Shown: positions 1 through 13,300 of the stretch, piece by piece
Layout of the letters: the number at the start of each line of letters is the position of its first letter
Numbering within the stretch: the first letter of the stretch is position 1
Assembly: GCA_017654855.1 (NCBI GenBank)
Contig: CM030332.1
Span: 6,262,001 to 6,326,000 of the forward strand
Length of the DNA: 64,000 bases
Source of the DNA: Podospora anserina
Lineage: Eukaryota
Direction: 5' to 3'
Position numbers and translations under genes: made by a program
The notes under the pieces: model-generated
Seen by the model: only the letters and a program-made list of their open reading frames with translations
Told to the model about the DNA's origin: nothing
Database searches by the model: none

Positions 1-847
1 AAGCTGCAATTGAGAGCCAATGGCTTATCAGACCCACAGAAGAACCCCTGGTCTGTCACTTCAGCCTCACAACACTCCCAGACGACTACCTAAGGGCGAC
101 ATTGTATAGATGTCTAACGTTATGGCTCGACGGATACGGGTTGCCCTGAAATAGGTGCCTTACCGAATTGCCAGAAAGCTACCTATCAAGATGTCAAGCA
201 GCCAAAATACCCTGGGTGAGAGCATGAGAGGCATGGACAGCCCAGCACGACATATGACGCCTCAATGATATACAAACTAACCGATAGCTGACTGAGCAGC
301 TATCGAGAGATGTTCCGAATAACGCAAGACGACAGTCGTCAAGTCGACCAGGACAATCGAGATTCCCCATAACTCGGGGCTGGATGCTAGAGAAAGCAGT
401 ACGGAGCAGCCTCCTCCGAGGTCGAGTGGGAGAATAGAAATCTCGTCAGTTCCCCGCCACAGGCCGCTGCAGCACAAACCCAGATAGTGACTCTTTACGC
501 CTCTTGAAGCTGAAGACTGGTCATGATAATGTCCAATGCAGCCCCCAAGGCAAGCGAGTCACCCACTTGGCCGAGATGAGCTTGGCAGGGGGCAGAATGC
601 AGTGTCACTTCAACTGCAGATTCAACGGCGATGGCAACCAAAGATGAACAATTAGCCTGCATATCGGCCTCGACCTCCCGTGTTCCCCGTCTTCACCTCT
701 GGGCGGACCATTACTTCCATCAATGGGGACCGGTTCACGGTGAGCCCACCGTGGGCTGCTCAAGTATAAACATGGGCCTTCTTCCCGGCTTTACTCACGC
801 TCAGTTCTTCAAGCTCAGGTTGATCGTCACCCGAGCTCACCCTCAGA

Positions 848-2214
848 ATGTTGTCCTTGTCAAAACTGGCCGTCCTGGGCCTGGGACTCATCTCACAAGC
901 TTCGGCCGTGATCCTACAAAACGGCCAAGTCAGAGAGACCAACTTCCCCAACACCCGCCTGGACAGCTTTTCTCCCTCTTCCTACAGGACATATCCCGCA
1001 AACGCGAGTGAGATCTCCTATAAGGGACGCTGGGACTCCAAATATGTCTCCTGGTGGTCGTAAGTTTTCCCATCCACCCCCCATCTCAGCTCATTGTTTC
1101 TAACCCTCTCCTCAGAGCCCCCGGCATCAAATTCGGCTACACCGGCCAGACCGTCGCCATCACCTTCGGCAACTTGACCACCGACCGCGTCCTCGTCGGC
1201 TACCGAATCGGCGGCCTCGACTGGATCTTCACCAACATCACCGCGGGCGCCACCCACCTCCTTGTCTCCCCGGAGACCCCCGGCTCCTCCCTCACCGGCC
1301 CCATCAACCCCTGGACCTTTGAACTCCGAGTCTCCAACTGGGCGTACGGCATCCAAATCGACTCCGTCCACGTCGCCAAAGGAGAGAAACTGATCAAAAT
1401 CCCTGACCATGGCCGCCGCATCGAAGTCATCGGCGACAGCCTCTCCGCGGGCATGTACACCACCTACGAGGGCCTCACCAGCTGGGCCTACGGTCTTGGG
1501 GCTGGTTTAGGAAACACCGAGTACTCCGTCACCGGGTACCCGGGCATTTGCGCCGCAGATCAAGACTGCTGGGGCAACCCCCGAGGGCAAGTCCATCAGT
1601 GGTTTTACACCTCCGACACCAGCTGGAGAGCCTCCCAAATTTGGGGAGACAACCCTGAGCCATGGGACTTTTCCAAGCAACCCGCCGCTGACATCGTCGT
1701 GATAAACATCGGCACCAACGACCACAACCAACACAACAACGTCTCTACCGAGGCGTACATCGACGCGCTGGGTAAGATCATCCAGGGTGTCCACGGCAAG
1801 TGGCCCAAAGCACAAGTCATCGTCATGTCCCTTTGGCTAGGGTTCTACCAGCAGGGGAATACCTACCTCCCCAACGCGCCGGAGGGTTGGGTGAAAGAAA
1901 TCCAGGACTTGGTGAAGTACTTCAACTCGGACAAGTACCTCAGCCAGCCGGTGATCTATGACGGGGTGACGAAGAAGAGCACCAAGTTGAGGGTGAAGAG
2001 GAAGGAGAGCCCGTTTGTGCACTGGTTCAATACCAAGGGGATCTTGCAGCATAATGATATTGGGCCGCAGTGGCATCCGACTGATGTGGGGGCTATCAAG
2101 GTTGCTAGTCACTTGCAGCAGTTTATCAGGATCAAGTTTGGGTGGGAGTTGGAGGCTACGGGGCCGGAGGTGTGGCATGAGACGCTTTATTGGAATGATG
2201 AGAGTGGTTATTAG
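848..2214 (+). CDS. Secreted SGNH/GDSL-type esterase, carbohydrate esterase CE2-like; exons 848-1059, 1116-2214
   Basis: N-terminal signal peptide MLSLSKLAVLGLGLISQASA. Intron GTAAGT(1060)...CTAAC...CAG(1115) joins SWWS to APGIKF in frame. SGNH blocks IGDSLSAG, NIGTND and C-terminal WHPT. TATA-like TATAAA near 765. Confidence 0.85.
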
Positions 2215-5200
2215 GGGGGTAGAGGTGTTCTGTTCTGTGCATAAGGTTGGGTATGAGATTGCGAGACTGGAAATATATGAAATATATGTCTGGGACAGCT
2301 CGCAAGATTGAAAAGTGCCTGTATCCTGCGTTGTGTGCGTTTAGAAGCTCTTACGAACAACACATGGCCGTTTGGATACTGCTTCCTGGCTTGTTGTTGT
2401 TGTATGAACAGTCTCCGTAGGTACCTCACGCAAAAACAAAAACAAATTACCATTTCAGCACAACCAAAGCACTTGTCATTCTGATGCGAAGACCATAGGG
2501 GGCTTACAAGTTTTGGAAACCAAGAAAGTTCTCGCTAGACAGATGATATCAAAGTTCTACCCCTTTGAGTGTCAGTGTCAAGCTTTTTGAGCTTGATACA
2601 CAAAACCCGAGCTAGGCCACAATCCATACTCCTCAGATAAGCCGAGACATGATGCCTTGCATCATCCGCAAAAGCTCAGTCTATCTGATTTCACCTCATG
2701 ATGTTTGTTTGCTACTTTGAAACGCTTCACATCCCACGACCGTGGTGTCCGAAGACGGTGCGAGACGATCCTCCAGCGTCACTGTGGAACATGAAGTATA
2801 AGTAGCAAACAAAATCCCAAAATCCTCTCATAGCCTGTCGGGTTTGTGTTTCCTATTCAAAACCGAAACCGGTTTCCCGGGAAGGCTGTCGTGGTGTTCT
2901 GGAAGGGTCTGCGGTCTGGACTGAAGCTGAACCGGCAACATCACTTCGATACGATACGTAACTTGTTGGCCTCGGCGTTTAACCTCCTCCCTATGGTAGA
3001 TGATGATGGCGAATCTAGACCACAGGTGTGTTTTGATCCATCATACACCCCCTCGTGATTCAGAACAAGCCTAGGAACGAACTAACCAGCTTCAGGGGTT
3101 GCCCGTTTAGACTAGGGCCGCCCTGTGTCTCGATACACTGCCGCGGTTGAAGGCCCGGCCATAGTTCGCATGAAAAGTCTTCCGCGGTCCAGCCTCATCA
3201 ATGCGCGCATAACGCGGTTATTGACTATTACCTCCTCGCAGGATGCAGCTTTGCATGGAATTCTGTCCTTCTCCCCAAGCTGGCCGGCCGAGCTGAAGCA
3301 AGAATGGTGAAGCGGCCACATCCAGCATCGTGGCCGCCAGCAGGTCCAGACGTTCTCGTGTTGTAAGGTGGATATACCCTCATCAGCCCCCGTTGGAGGA
3401 AAGGTCTCGCCTCCAAGGTCTAGCCTCGTCGCCCAAGCTGATGAACCGATCTATCTTTATCAGCTTCACCATCTCCATATCTACCTCGGAGGTATGTCCG
3501 GACGACTTGAATGGCTGAGCCGGTCTGAACAACAACAAGTTCATCCCATGACGGCAAGGGATCCCACGTTGTCCTGAACCATCACCGTTGAACCGAGAGC
3601 TCAGGTGAGGGCCCTCGGAGACCCGGTAGGCCCAGCCTCATTGTTGCAGCCGACTCAGCCGAGCTGCATCACAGCATCCTCCCTGTAGCAGACACAATCC
3701 ACCACGTGCACGTGGAAGTTGAAGAAAAACGTTGAGATGTTCACGCAAGAAGCCGCATCACCAGGTTCGCCGCTGTCGAGATCACACGAAAAAGAAAAAA
3801 AAGCATGGACCAGGCTCACATACCAAACCAAAGAGCTAAGCCTTCGGGTGATTGCCGTGATTTTCCAACAGGCAGGCCGATCGATTCCCGGCCGCCTGTT
3901 AGAGCGGTGGATCTGGCTGTAACCCAGACCACCTCATCCCATCATCGAATCTTTCTTGTCAAGGGCCTGCTCCATGTTCAGAATTGCGCAAGATATCACC
4001 GAATCCGGCATCATACGAGGGACATGGTTTGCTAGTAGTTTGCAAGTGTCTTCGGCACTTGGGGCTCTGCTTTCTCTTCTCCACAGAGCACAAAGAAAGT
4101 TTTGCCTCTCCAGATTCACAAAAGTCTCGAGTTCGATAGACCCTCGATAGTTTTGCCATATCCATCGGAAATATTTGCTCCATCGCATGCTGAAAAAAAA
4201 CCACTGACTCGCGAAGCTTCTCAAACCCGACGCGATTTTTCCCCCTCTCTTCAACATAGCGGTTCCACCCGCTGAAAACTGAGTTTTTTGTTGGCCTTTT
4301 GGGGACTGTAGTCTCTTCGCCTTTCGCTCCAATTCATGATGTTTTTTTTTTTTTTTGTTTTTTTATATATATATTTTTTTTTTTTAACTCGCCTTCCCAT
4401 TACGGACTGACGGATTGTTTCCATAGTTTCCACACCCCAAGACAAACGTGATCGACGAACTCTGTTCCACTGTCCCATTCTCGGTATCGGTTCGGGGTCT
4501 GCTCGGGGATGCATGGATAGGGATTGTTTACTGTCTGGATTTCATGATGGGTTTTCCCCCCTCTGTGTCTGGGCCGATGATGAATAGCGGTGAGTTTGTT
4601 CGCCTTTTTGCAAAACCGCTTTGTCATGCTACTCCCCATCCCGCGGGAAAAGGTTTCATTCAACCCCAAAAGACCGTTGGACCGTTGAAAGCCGGCAGGG
4701 ATGGCCCATAGCTGATGATACACCTGCTCCGCATGTTCACCGCATTGCAAAAATGCTACCGTGTCTTGCATCGAGGTCGTCTTGTCGCTACTGTGGTAAG
4801 GTCGCAACCATCAGCCCCTTCTGTCCTGCCTTCCTCTGGTAGCGTTGCGATGTGATGTTTGGTGATGTTTTGGTTCGCCTGGTTGAACCAACCAAGCGTG
4901 TCTCGCCAATTCGGGATCTGGCCGAACCGTGTGTCAAAAAGGGGGTTGCGCGCCTGTGTTTGAAACACAGAGGCTTGTCCACACTCGGCCCCCAATCACC
5001 CGGCACTTTCAAGCCTTCGCCGTTCTGATTCCCCAAGATAGGCAACCCGACGCGCTGGCCAAGGGTTTGTTCAATAACAACAGCCGACAAGAAGCGAGGC
5101 TGAAATTTTATTGTTGATGAAGCTGCAGCCTCGCGCCAACCTCGCTGTATTCGTATGTGATCAGGCGAGAAGAAGCAAGGCGGCTCGTCTTGTCATAGCC

Positions 5201-8200
5201 CTAGGGACTCCTTCCCGGCCGCCACGAAAGATGATCATCGTCCCACTGTTCGTTTTGGCGTCGCCCCGTTCCCGCACAAGGGGTTCGTCACACACGGGAT
5301 TGCGGATGCGGAATTCGTGATGGGTGTTCACCCCATTGTCTCATCCCACGAGCCTCCTCTTCATCATCAGCGTCATATACCGCTGCGGCTGATGCAGGTA
5401 AGCAAGCCCAAGACAGGTTGAGAAACCATTCCTCTGAGACATACATACAGTCGAGATGAAAGTTCTCGAGAGGTGAGCAAAGTTCATGATTGGTAGGGCG
5501 AAGTCCCGGCAGCTGGGTAACGGGCCACAGCTTAGTGATTGCTTAGCGTCATGATCTTCATCCGCCTCAGCCGCCATGCAGAAGCACAGGGCACAGATCA
5601 CCACCAACCACCACTAACAAGAAGCCCATTGTTTCAGCCATTCCTACCGCGGCTTATCAATATTTTGCTCACGGAGGTGCCCGGGGCGTGCGTCCATCAC
5701 CGAATAAATCGAGCTAGCAGTTAGCAGCGGCAGCGGCAGGAAGGGACGGGCTGATCGAGATCAGATCATCTGATGATGGTTCTCGGGGAATGCCTGTGTG
5801 AAGGATTCGCCTACCCCGAGCCGGTATCTTGACTCTTTTCAGCTTGTCCGTTATGAGGATAGGCCTGCCACTCCGAGGAGAACCTCGCTGTTGACGAGAG
5901 GCTTCGTTATTGCCGGCGGTGAAGGCGAGACTGGGACAACGATGAGTGGGCTGATTGAGGGGATCGCAACGTTGCGTATCCCGCAGAGGCCAGCGCTCTT
6001 GGCAGTGTTGGTGGATAGGATGTCCCAACCAGGCGAAAAGTCGTGCTCAGCAGAAAGAAGCCAGGGTCACCGGTGAGGGACCGGTCAAGAGATCTTGCAT
6101 CATGGAAGGCAACCTTCAGGAACGCCAACCTGAAGCCCTCGACTACTTCCAAGATTTGGGCAATGATGCCGTGGAGAGAGGTGATGTATCGCAGAAAACT
6201 AAAATGGGGTCAGTGTCGATCCTGTGGTCGGTTGAAACTGTCAAACCACCTTGGGGAACCTTTACACTGCAGCTGCCATTTGCTTCTTTCCGGTGGTCTC
6301 CCCTCCTGCAATGCATGGTCGTGTGGCACATGGCACAGCCATCACCACAGCGCACTTGCGCATGGAACTTGCCAGAGGGCAAAAAGGGTCGTGGATCGTG
6401 TGGTGTATCCTGCACCGTGGCGCTGGATAATTGTGTCTCACTTTAGCATCTCGTCCAAGGCCAAATACTGGCAGCGGATATCTGCACAATGCTGTGCTCA
6501 CCTTCTTCATTCTTTTCCGCCCACCCTTCGCGATGTCCTCCACCAACAGAAAGCCTTCAGCAGCAACAACTTGACGCTTTCCTCCTAGTGCCATATCTAA
6601 TATAAGCAAGGCTGTGATCCTCGATCTGTCAATCTTGAGTGCCCCGAGTGATCTTCATGATCTGGTCCCCGTTCAATCGCATAATCCGCACAGACGAGCT
6701 ACTTTCCCCTTTGGTACTACCTCCCCAGCTGCTGATTCGCCGGTTGTCTCACCTTACCTAAATCAGCCGGCGCGGTCCGACACAACCCACTCCGCTGGGA
6801 AAATGACATCAACCACACACCAACCAGAACAGCACAGACCACCAACCGTGCCACACCCTCACATCCGGTGCTGTTGCTGATCATCATCGGAAATCTTGCT
6901 TTGCTTCTTTTCTCGCGTGAGAATGCCACATTCGAGAAGTTCTTCCAAAAGTTCCATCCACCACAACCTTTCTCATCTTGGCAGACGTGCAGTAAACGTG
7001 GTGATCGACAACACCCTCAACTTTGTCGCTCCCTCCAAAAAATGTGATGGATGACGTCTGACTCGCCCAATCCACACGCACGAACCACCACGACTTGCGT
7101 CCAGAAGCACGCTAGAACAAATCACCCCCCAACCAACTTCTGCATTGCTGGTCCCTGAAGATGGGATGGGCAAAAAGAAAAAAACCTTGGACGAAAGACC
7201 TCGTCTCACATGGCTCCACGGACATTGCAAGGAACATTGGCAACTGCAGATCTTGCGCACTCGGGTAGCTTTCCTTTCCACTAACGAACGAACCTGCTGT
7301 CGTCACTTTTCTTCTAGCCTTCTCCCGTTCCTTGGGATCGGGACAGACGAACTGGTCTCTGATAATTTCTTTTTTATATTGGCAAAAATGGCATAAACCC
7401 AACTACAAACCATGTGGCTGGTTCATGTCACCTGGTTACACAATGCATTGTAGTCAGTGTACCCTCAAAGTAACATTGCTGCCAGAGCACCGACCCCCAC
7501 CACAAAAGCCAAATGTTTTGTTTGCATAAACGGCATTTCCACCCCCCAATGCACCACCTCATACCTACCTTACACCACTGCAAGATTCGCTGTCATGGCT
7601 GCCGACCCGCCTTCAAGACTGAAGATCCCATCATCTACTGCCTTGCCCTATTCCTATTCAGTGCCCTATCTCCGTCCCCATGCTCACCAATTGATTTCCG
7701 CATTACAAAGACCGGGCCGGCTCGCCCGCTGTTGTGTTTTTCTCTCTGCCCGCCAGTGCCGGCCGAAACCTGCCAAACATTGCCTTTTACCCCTTGTCAT
7801 CAATCATCATGTCAGTGAGACAACCCCCCTCCGAACGCAGATCCAAGTGGAGTTTAAACCCATCATCCCATCTTCAACCCAAGCGGTGCCAAGGGACCCT
7901 GCAGAATAGAACATCATCGAAAGTAGTGTAGGGAATAAAGCGGCAAATGCAATTGAGGCAAATAGTACCTGCCCAAAAATCCCATCCACTCAGACAAACC
8001 CGACCATTCTCGCGAAGAGTTGAACTATCATCCAAACAGAATAATCGAGTCATGACCACCGAAAGGACCGATGACGCCCCTACCCATCCCCGTAAATCTC
8101 ATCTTCGCACTAAACCGTTTGACTTGTGGAGGATCGTCATCGTTCAACACACTTCCAGGTTGGCCGCCCGCGCTCTTCTTCGCCCAAAAGAAAAAAGCAA

Positions 8201-9350
8201 AAGCGGTAGTCACATCGTCAACGCTTAATTATTCCCACAACGCAACCATCAAGAATGCAGATCATTTCATCCTCATTCAATCAGGGGGAAAGTCATTCTC
8301 CCCAATGGGAATTCCCAAAGTGCCATCCGTATCCCCATTTACACAAGCGACAAAGAGTTCCATGTTTGTGATGCCAGCCCCGACTCGGAAGGATTTCCAA
8401 AAAACTTCAAACTTGTATCACCAAGTATCCTATTTCATCATCAATTTCGCCACACACACCTCCACCATAAAATCCACACAATAAACCCGCAAAAAGGAGA
8501 TAAACTCTCTTGTGTAACGACGATCTGTTTCCAATTTTTTGATTTTCAATTTTCCTTGTTTCTCCTCACCCAACTAAACTGTAGCTAGCGGGTCGTGACA
8601 GCTCCTCAAACCTAGCCCCCTAGAGAGGCCCATATTCCTCCTCCTCCTCCATCTATATACACGTAATTATTCCTTTTTTTTTGGCGTGTATATGTCTTCG
8701 CAACACAAACACACACCAGAAAAAAGAGAGGGGGAATCAGATCGTCAGATACATCATGCCGCACATAAAACAAAAAAGACTACCTCCAAAAGAAAGAAAG
8801 AAACGCCCCATGTAAATGCTTTGCCAAAAACCCCCGATGTTGTGAACCCACGCCTCCCCCCACCATTGATTGAACCCCAAAAGTTTCGCCGCAACCCCCT
8901 TCAACCCGCCATGGAACATCCCAGTTATGACGTTTGTGTTGTGTTCCCTTTCCCTTGCGCCAGAAGCAGTGGAGAAAGTCCAAAAGAGAAAAAATTCCTT
9001 TCACCCTCCTGTGTTTTGCGCCGACCCCAAAACCAAGCCGCCTTTCTTTGTTTTAGAAAAAAAATCCCAATTTGCGTAAGTAGTCTGATGCGAATCATGT
9101 CCTCGTCTATCAAGAAGAAAACTCTCGGCTGAAAAAACACCACCCAGCCAGAAAAAAATTAGAAACTAAAAAGTACCAGTAATTTTGCCATGGTGTGGGG
9201 TCGTTGTATGGTATAACGATTTTATCCTGCACCGCCAGGGTTTGGGATGTATTTTCTTCGGCTGGTTTGTGGTTGTCGAAAGGGAGGGGGGGTTGATATT
9301 AAAAGTAAACCAGCACTGGAGAGACCTGCTGTCCAAGCTCACACACGCAT

Positions 9351-10380
9351 TCAAGACCGGCTGGCGGTGCTGCCATTGCTGCTGCTGCTGTCATAGTTGT
9401 GGCAACCGCGCTCGTGGCGTTTCATGTTGCTTCGCACACTGAAGGCCTTGCCACAGCCGGCGACCGGGCACTTGAATGGCTTCTCGCCAGTGTGGGAGTG
9501 GCTGTGGATGCGGAGAGAGCTGGGACGCGAAAAGGCCTTGTTGCAGGTTGGGCAGATGTACCTGTCTTGGCTCTGGGGGAACGAGGCGGCCGAGGACGGG
9601 GCAATGTAGTGGTGATGTTGCCATGGGTTCGCACCGGCAGGCGCAAGAGTCATGGACAATGGTGGAGGGAAAGCCTGCGTCTATCAGTTAGCTTGGTGTT
9701 GTCCGGCTGTAGTGTGCAAGAAAGCAACATACCTGGGGAAGAGGCCGCTGGAAGTAAAGGCCCGACATGGGAGGAGGGGCGGCGGCGGGATAGTAGGCAG
9801 GAATGGTGGGTTGGGCAATGTAGGATGGTGCAGCAAAGTGTGGTTGGTATGCTGAAGGTTGAACCGACATTCTCGGGGCGGCAGCGGCCATCGGGGGAAC
9901 GCCAGATTCCATGGGCCCCAGTGGAGGAGTGGTCTCATAGTAGTAGTTGGAACCGTTCGAGACCTGGCTGGCTGACCTCGTGGGCGGCGAGTTGTATCCC
10001 TCGAAGGATTCTCCCGAGGACATGGGAGGACTTGGTGGGAGTCCCCTCAAAGCTGGGTTGCCATAGTGCGAGGAGTTGGGCCTGGCGTCGGACTTGGAAG
10101 AAGACGATTGGGCTGGGGATCTTGTTAGCACCGGGTTCCATGCAGTCGTGCTGCCAAAGTCCATACATTGTTGTTGCTGTTGCTGTTGCTGCTGCTGTTG
10201 AGCCTGAGCGTGTGTCTCAGCGGTGGGAGACCCTTGGTCGGCAAGTCCCAAAAGGTTGGAGATGGAAGGCAACGAGCATCTCGAGCTGTCGTCCATTGGT
10301 GGTGATGGTGGAGGAATGTATCCATAGTGAATGCTTTGCTGAGGTGCAGCGTACTGGGTGGTGACCATTGTGCCTGCCAT
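9351..10380 (-). CDS. mtfA: C2H2 zinc-finger transcription factor, MtfA-like; exons 10380-10167, 10112-9733, 9674(or 9680)-9351
   Basis: Two C-terminal C2H2 fingers YICPTCNKAFSRPSSLRIHSHSHTGEKPFKCPVAGCGKAFSVRSNMKRHERGCH, closely matching Aspergillus MtfA as I recall it. Also a LPSISNLL motif and a polyQ tract. Two GTATG...CTAAC...AG introns restore the frame. Confidence 0.85.
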
Positions 10381-13300
10381 TTTGTTTTCTGGTGTGTGAA
10401 AATTTATCCCTTGTTGGTGGGGAAAGAGCGGTCTTGTCGTCGCAACTTGAAGCTTCGAAGCTTTGATCAAGTGTTCTTCTTGTGTGGCTGGAGTGGTCGA
10501 GGAGGTCGAGTATCGAGTGCCAGCTGGATATATTATGCGGTGGGTCTTGTCTCTGTCGACGACGAGTGATGTGATGGTATGATATCAAAGATCAGGATGT
10601 CCAAGTCAGGTCGGTAATCCGGGAGTGAGAGGGGGGGGTGTGGCGGTTTAAGTATGTGCATCACAGCAGAGGCTTGTTGACGTCGGGATGGGGAGGGCAG
10701 GGTGTTTTGTACCGTCAGATCTCCCGGCGGTACATCCATGGAGACTGTATGAATGATCAAGCGCAAATCCACCAGCATCCACAAGTTGATCCCCGGACCA
10801 AGGCGGCCAGTGAGTGTTGTCACAAAGTGGGTGGGTCGGCCTTGGGGTGCTGTGCCAGGCCAGGGATCAGGGCATGGGGCCGATGGTGATCAGAGGGGTC
10901 TCCCCCGTTGTCGCCGGGACCCCCAGTCCGGTACGTACCTCAGACTCGAAATGCTCGATACCCTTCAGAGCATGTCACCCGTGCACCCATCCGTCCAATT
11001 CCATAGAGTTATAACGCCTCCTGTTATATGTTCATACGGGGCTCTGACTGCCTCATTGTGCATTGGTGCTGGGTGCCCATCTCTTCTGCCTGGCTGGGCC
11101 TATTATTCTCCTTCACAACCTTGGTCAGTGTTTTATTACCTACACTATCAAAAAATAGGCCGACTCTCTTCACTTCATCCTTCAAGAAGGATGCTCTCGA
11201 GGTAAGGTCCAGCCAGTGTCATTGCATGACCAGGTTCCGTAGATAGGTACATATCTCACATTGTGTACGTGCCGTAGTTACCCAAGGTCGGTTATGACTG
11301 GCTGTCTTTTTTCTACAGTACCAAACTGCCAGCCGGGCGCTACACAACAACGGGTCGGAAGGTCCCAGGAGGGGTCTGAATGATATGATTGCCATTGATC
11401 TGCCGAGTCCAAACGTCTGAGGCTCATGCACAGAGACTGGTCATTCGACTGGCGAAACCAGTGCTTTGCTATGCATTCCGAAGTTTGCTGTTCACGGGTG
11501 TACAGCGTACTGTCTGTGTAATTACTCCAGGCTCAACTGGCGTCAACAATCTGAATGGCTTCGTCGTGCTACCAACCCGACAGATCCTTTGACGAGGGTG
11601 GCATGGCAACCCAAAGAGCGGAGAGCGGTGCACACATTTGTGTGGCGCGAATGCTTCTCCGGTCTAACCCAAAGGGGGAGGGTGTCTTCTTCACTTCTCC
11701 CACTTCCCACACCCATTTCGCTGGGCTCGTGCATCCTGCAGAGCCCGCGGCGCACTATCCCAAACAGGAACTGCCCCCCGGCCCCAAATGCTTGGCTGTT
11801 GACGATGTCGAGTACGTACCGAACACCCTGGTCTGTCACGGACGCTTGGGCGTATGGGAGACGGGCCCCTGAGCCCGGACGCGTGAAACTTGAGACGAGC
11901 AGCGACTCCGGATCCTTGTGCCTGAGCTTGCACTGCGACCGGATTCTCGAGCTGATCTTATGCCGTTCATCGTTACCGCCATGTCAACAGCCCTCTCGAA
12001 ACACCAGTCTACTATGATTCGCATCGGCTGCTGTGCACATCGTGATGTCTGTCACCCGTGTTCCAGAACCCTCCCCAGGAGCCGTTGTGGGCGATCATGA
12101 CATGGAAGCAAATATGCCACTCATCATGGACTCTTGATCTCACTGCCGCTAGTTGTCCTGCCCTGTATATGGGCCTGGAGGAGCATCGGTAAACTTCCTG
12201 CTGCGACCATCAGGCTCCGGTTTCCAAGATCGAGACTAGCAAACAATTAATGTGCTCAGTGGAACGGTACTGCAGAACCAGACTCATCAGACCGCTCTTG
12301 CCATCAAGATGGCCACCCAACTTTGCAGACAGAGTTCCAGACTCCTGTCCAGGACGGAATGGCTGGCGGTCATGCAGGGGCATTCCCAAGAACCGAACGT
12401 TTTGGACATATCGGCAGCCATGATCTGTGGCCCTACAGGCACAGCAGAGCAGATCTTTTGAGGGTGTGCCGACAGTCTCAGAGCCTTTTTGTTTCGCGTA
12501 TTCTTTTGGATACTACTGTTGCGATCGCTTGAAGGACATGCCCGGCTATCAGCATGTTGGCCACCGCATCCCGTATGTGAATCGCATAAACCATGCAGTA
12601 GTATGTTTTAGTCAGCTCTTGTTGATACTGGTCGTCCTATACTGACGGGATGATATGGGCTGAGCACAGTGTACATGGCGCAGGGAATGACCCTGGCATA
12701 GACACCCCAGCGTGGAACTTGGAGCATGTTTCTTGACGAGATATCGGGGGATTTCCAGAAACAAAGGCTAATCTCAAAAGATCCTTTCCAGCCGGGAATG
12801 GCGATAGCTTCTGGCATCAAGCCGAGATTCGCATCGGAGGCCAAGGGGATTTGATCTCCAGCGGAAGCGAGTCTTGAGAGCTGTCTGGGCCCTTGCCCTA
12901 CCTATCTGTCTGGCGCTGCCGTTGTCATGTCTGGTATGCAGCAGGGGCTGCTGACAGATGGATCTTCCGCACTCTCTTGAAAATCCGGTACTCGAGTGCT
13001 CGGTGCACCTCTCGGGACGCTTGGTGCACGCTTTGGGCTATGGACTGGCCAGAACAGGCAGGGCGTCCAAAGGCATGACAACGGGATGAAGTTTCCGAGG
13101 GTAGCGTTGGCAGTCTGTCACCGACCTTAAACCCACCGGCCCCTCTGTAGGCGCTTGGGCTTCGAAGTTGACGATGGTAAGCTTCAAAACTTGGGATGAC
13201 ACTCGAGCACCGCCCTCGACAGCTGCAGCCACCCGCGATGAAGGTCCTCGTGGCAGTTTGGCTCTCTAGGGTTTCCTGATGTTTCGATCCTGTTGTGACT

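Noticed and set aside
9399-10364. 321-aa plus-strand ORF
   Set aside because: Antisense to the mtfA-like gene; no recognisable motifs.
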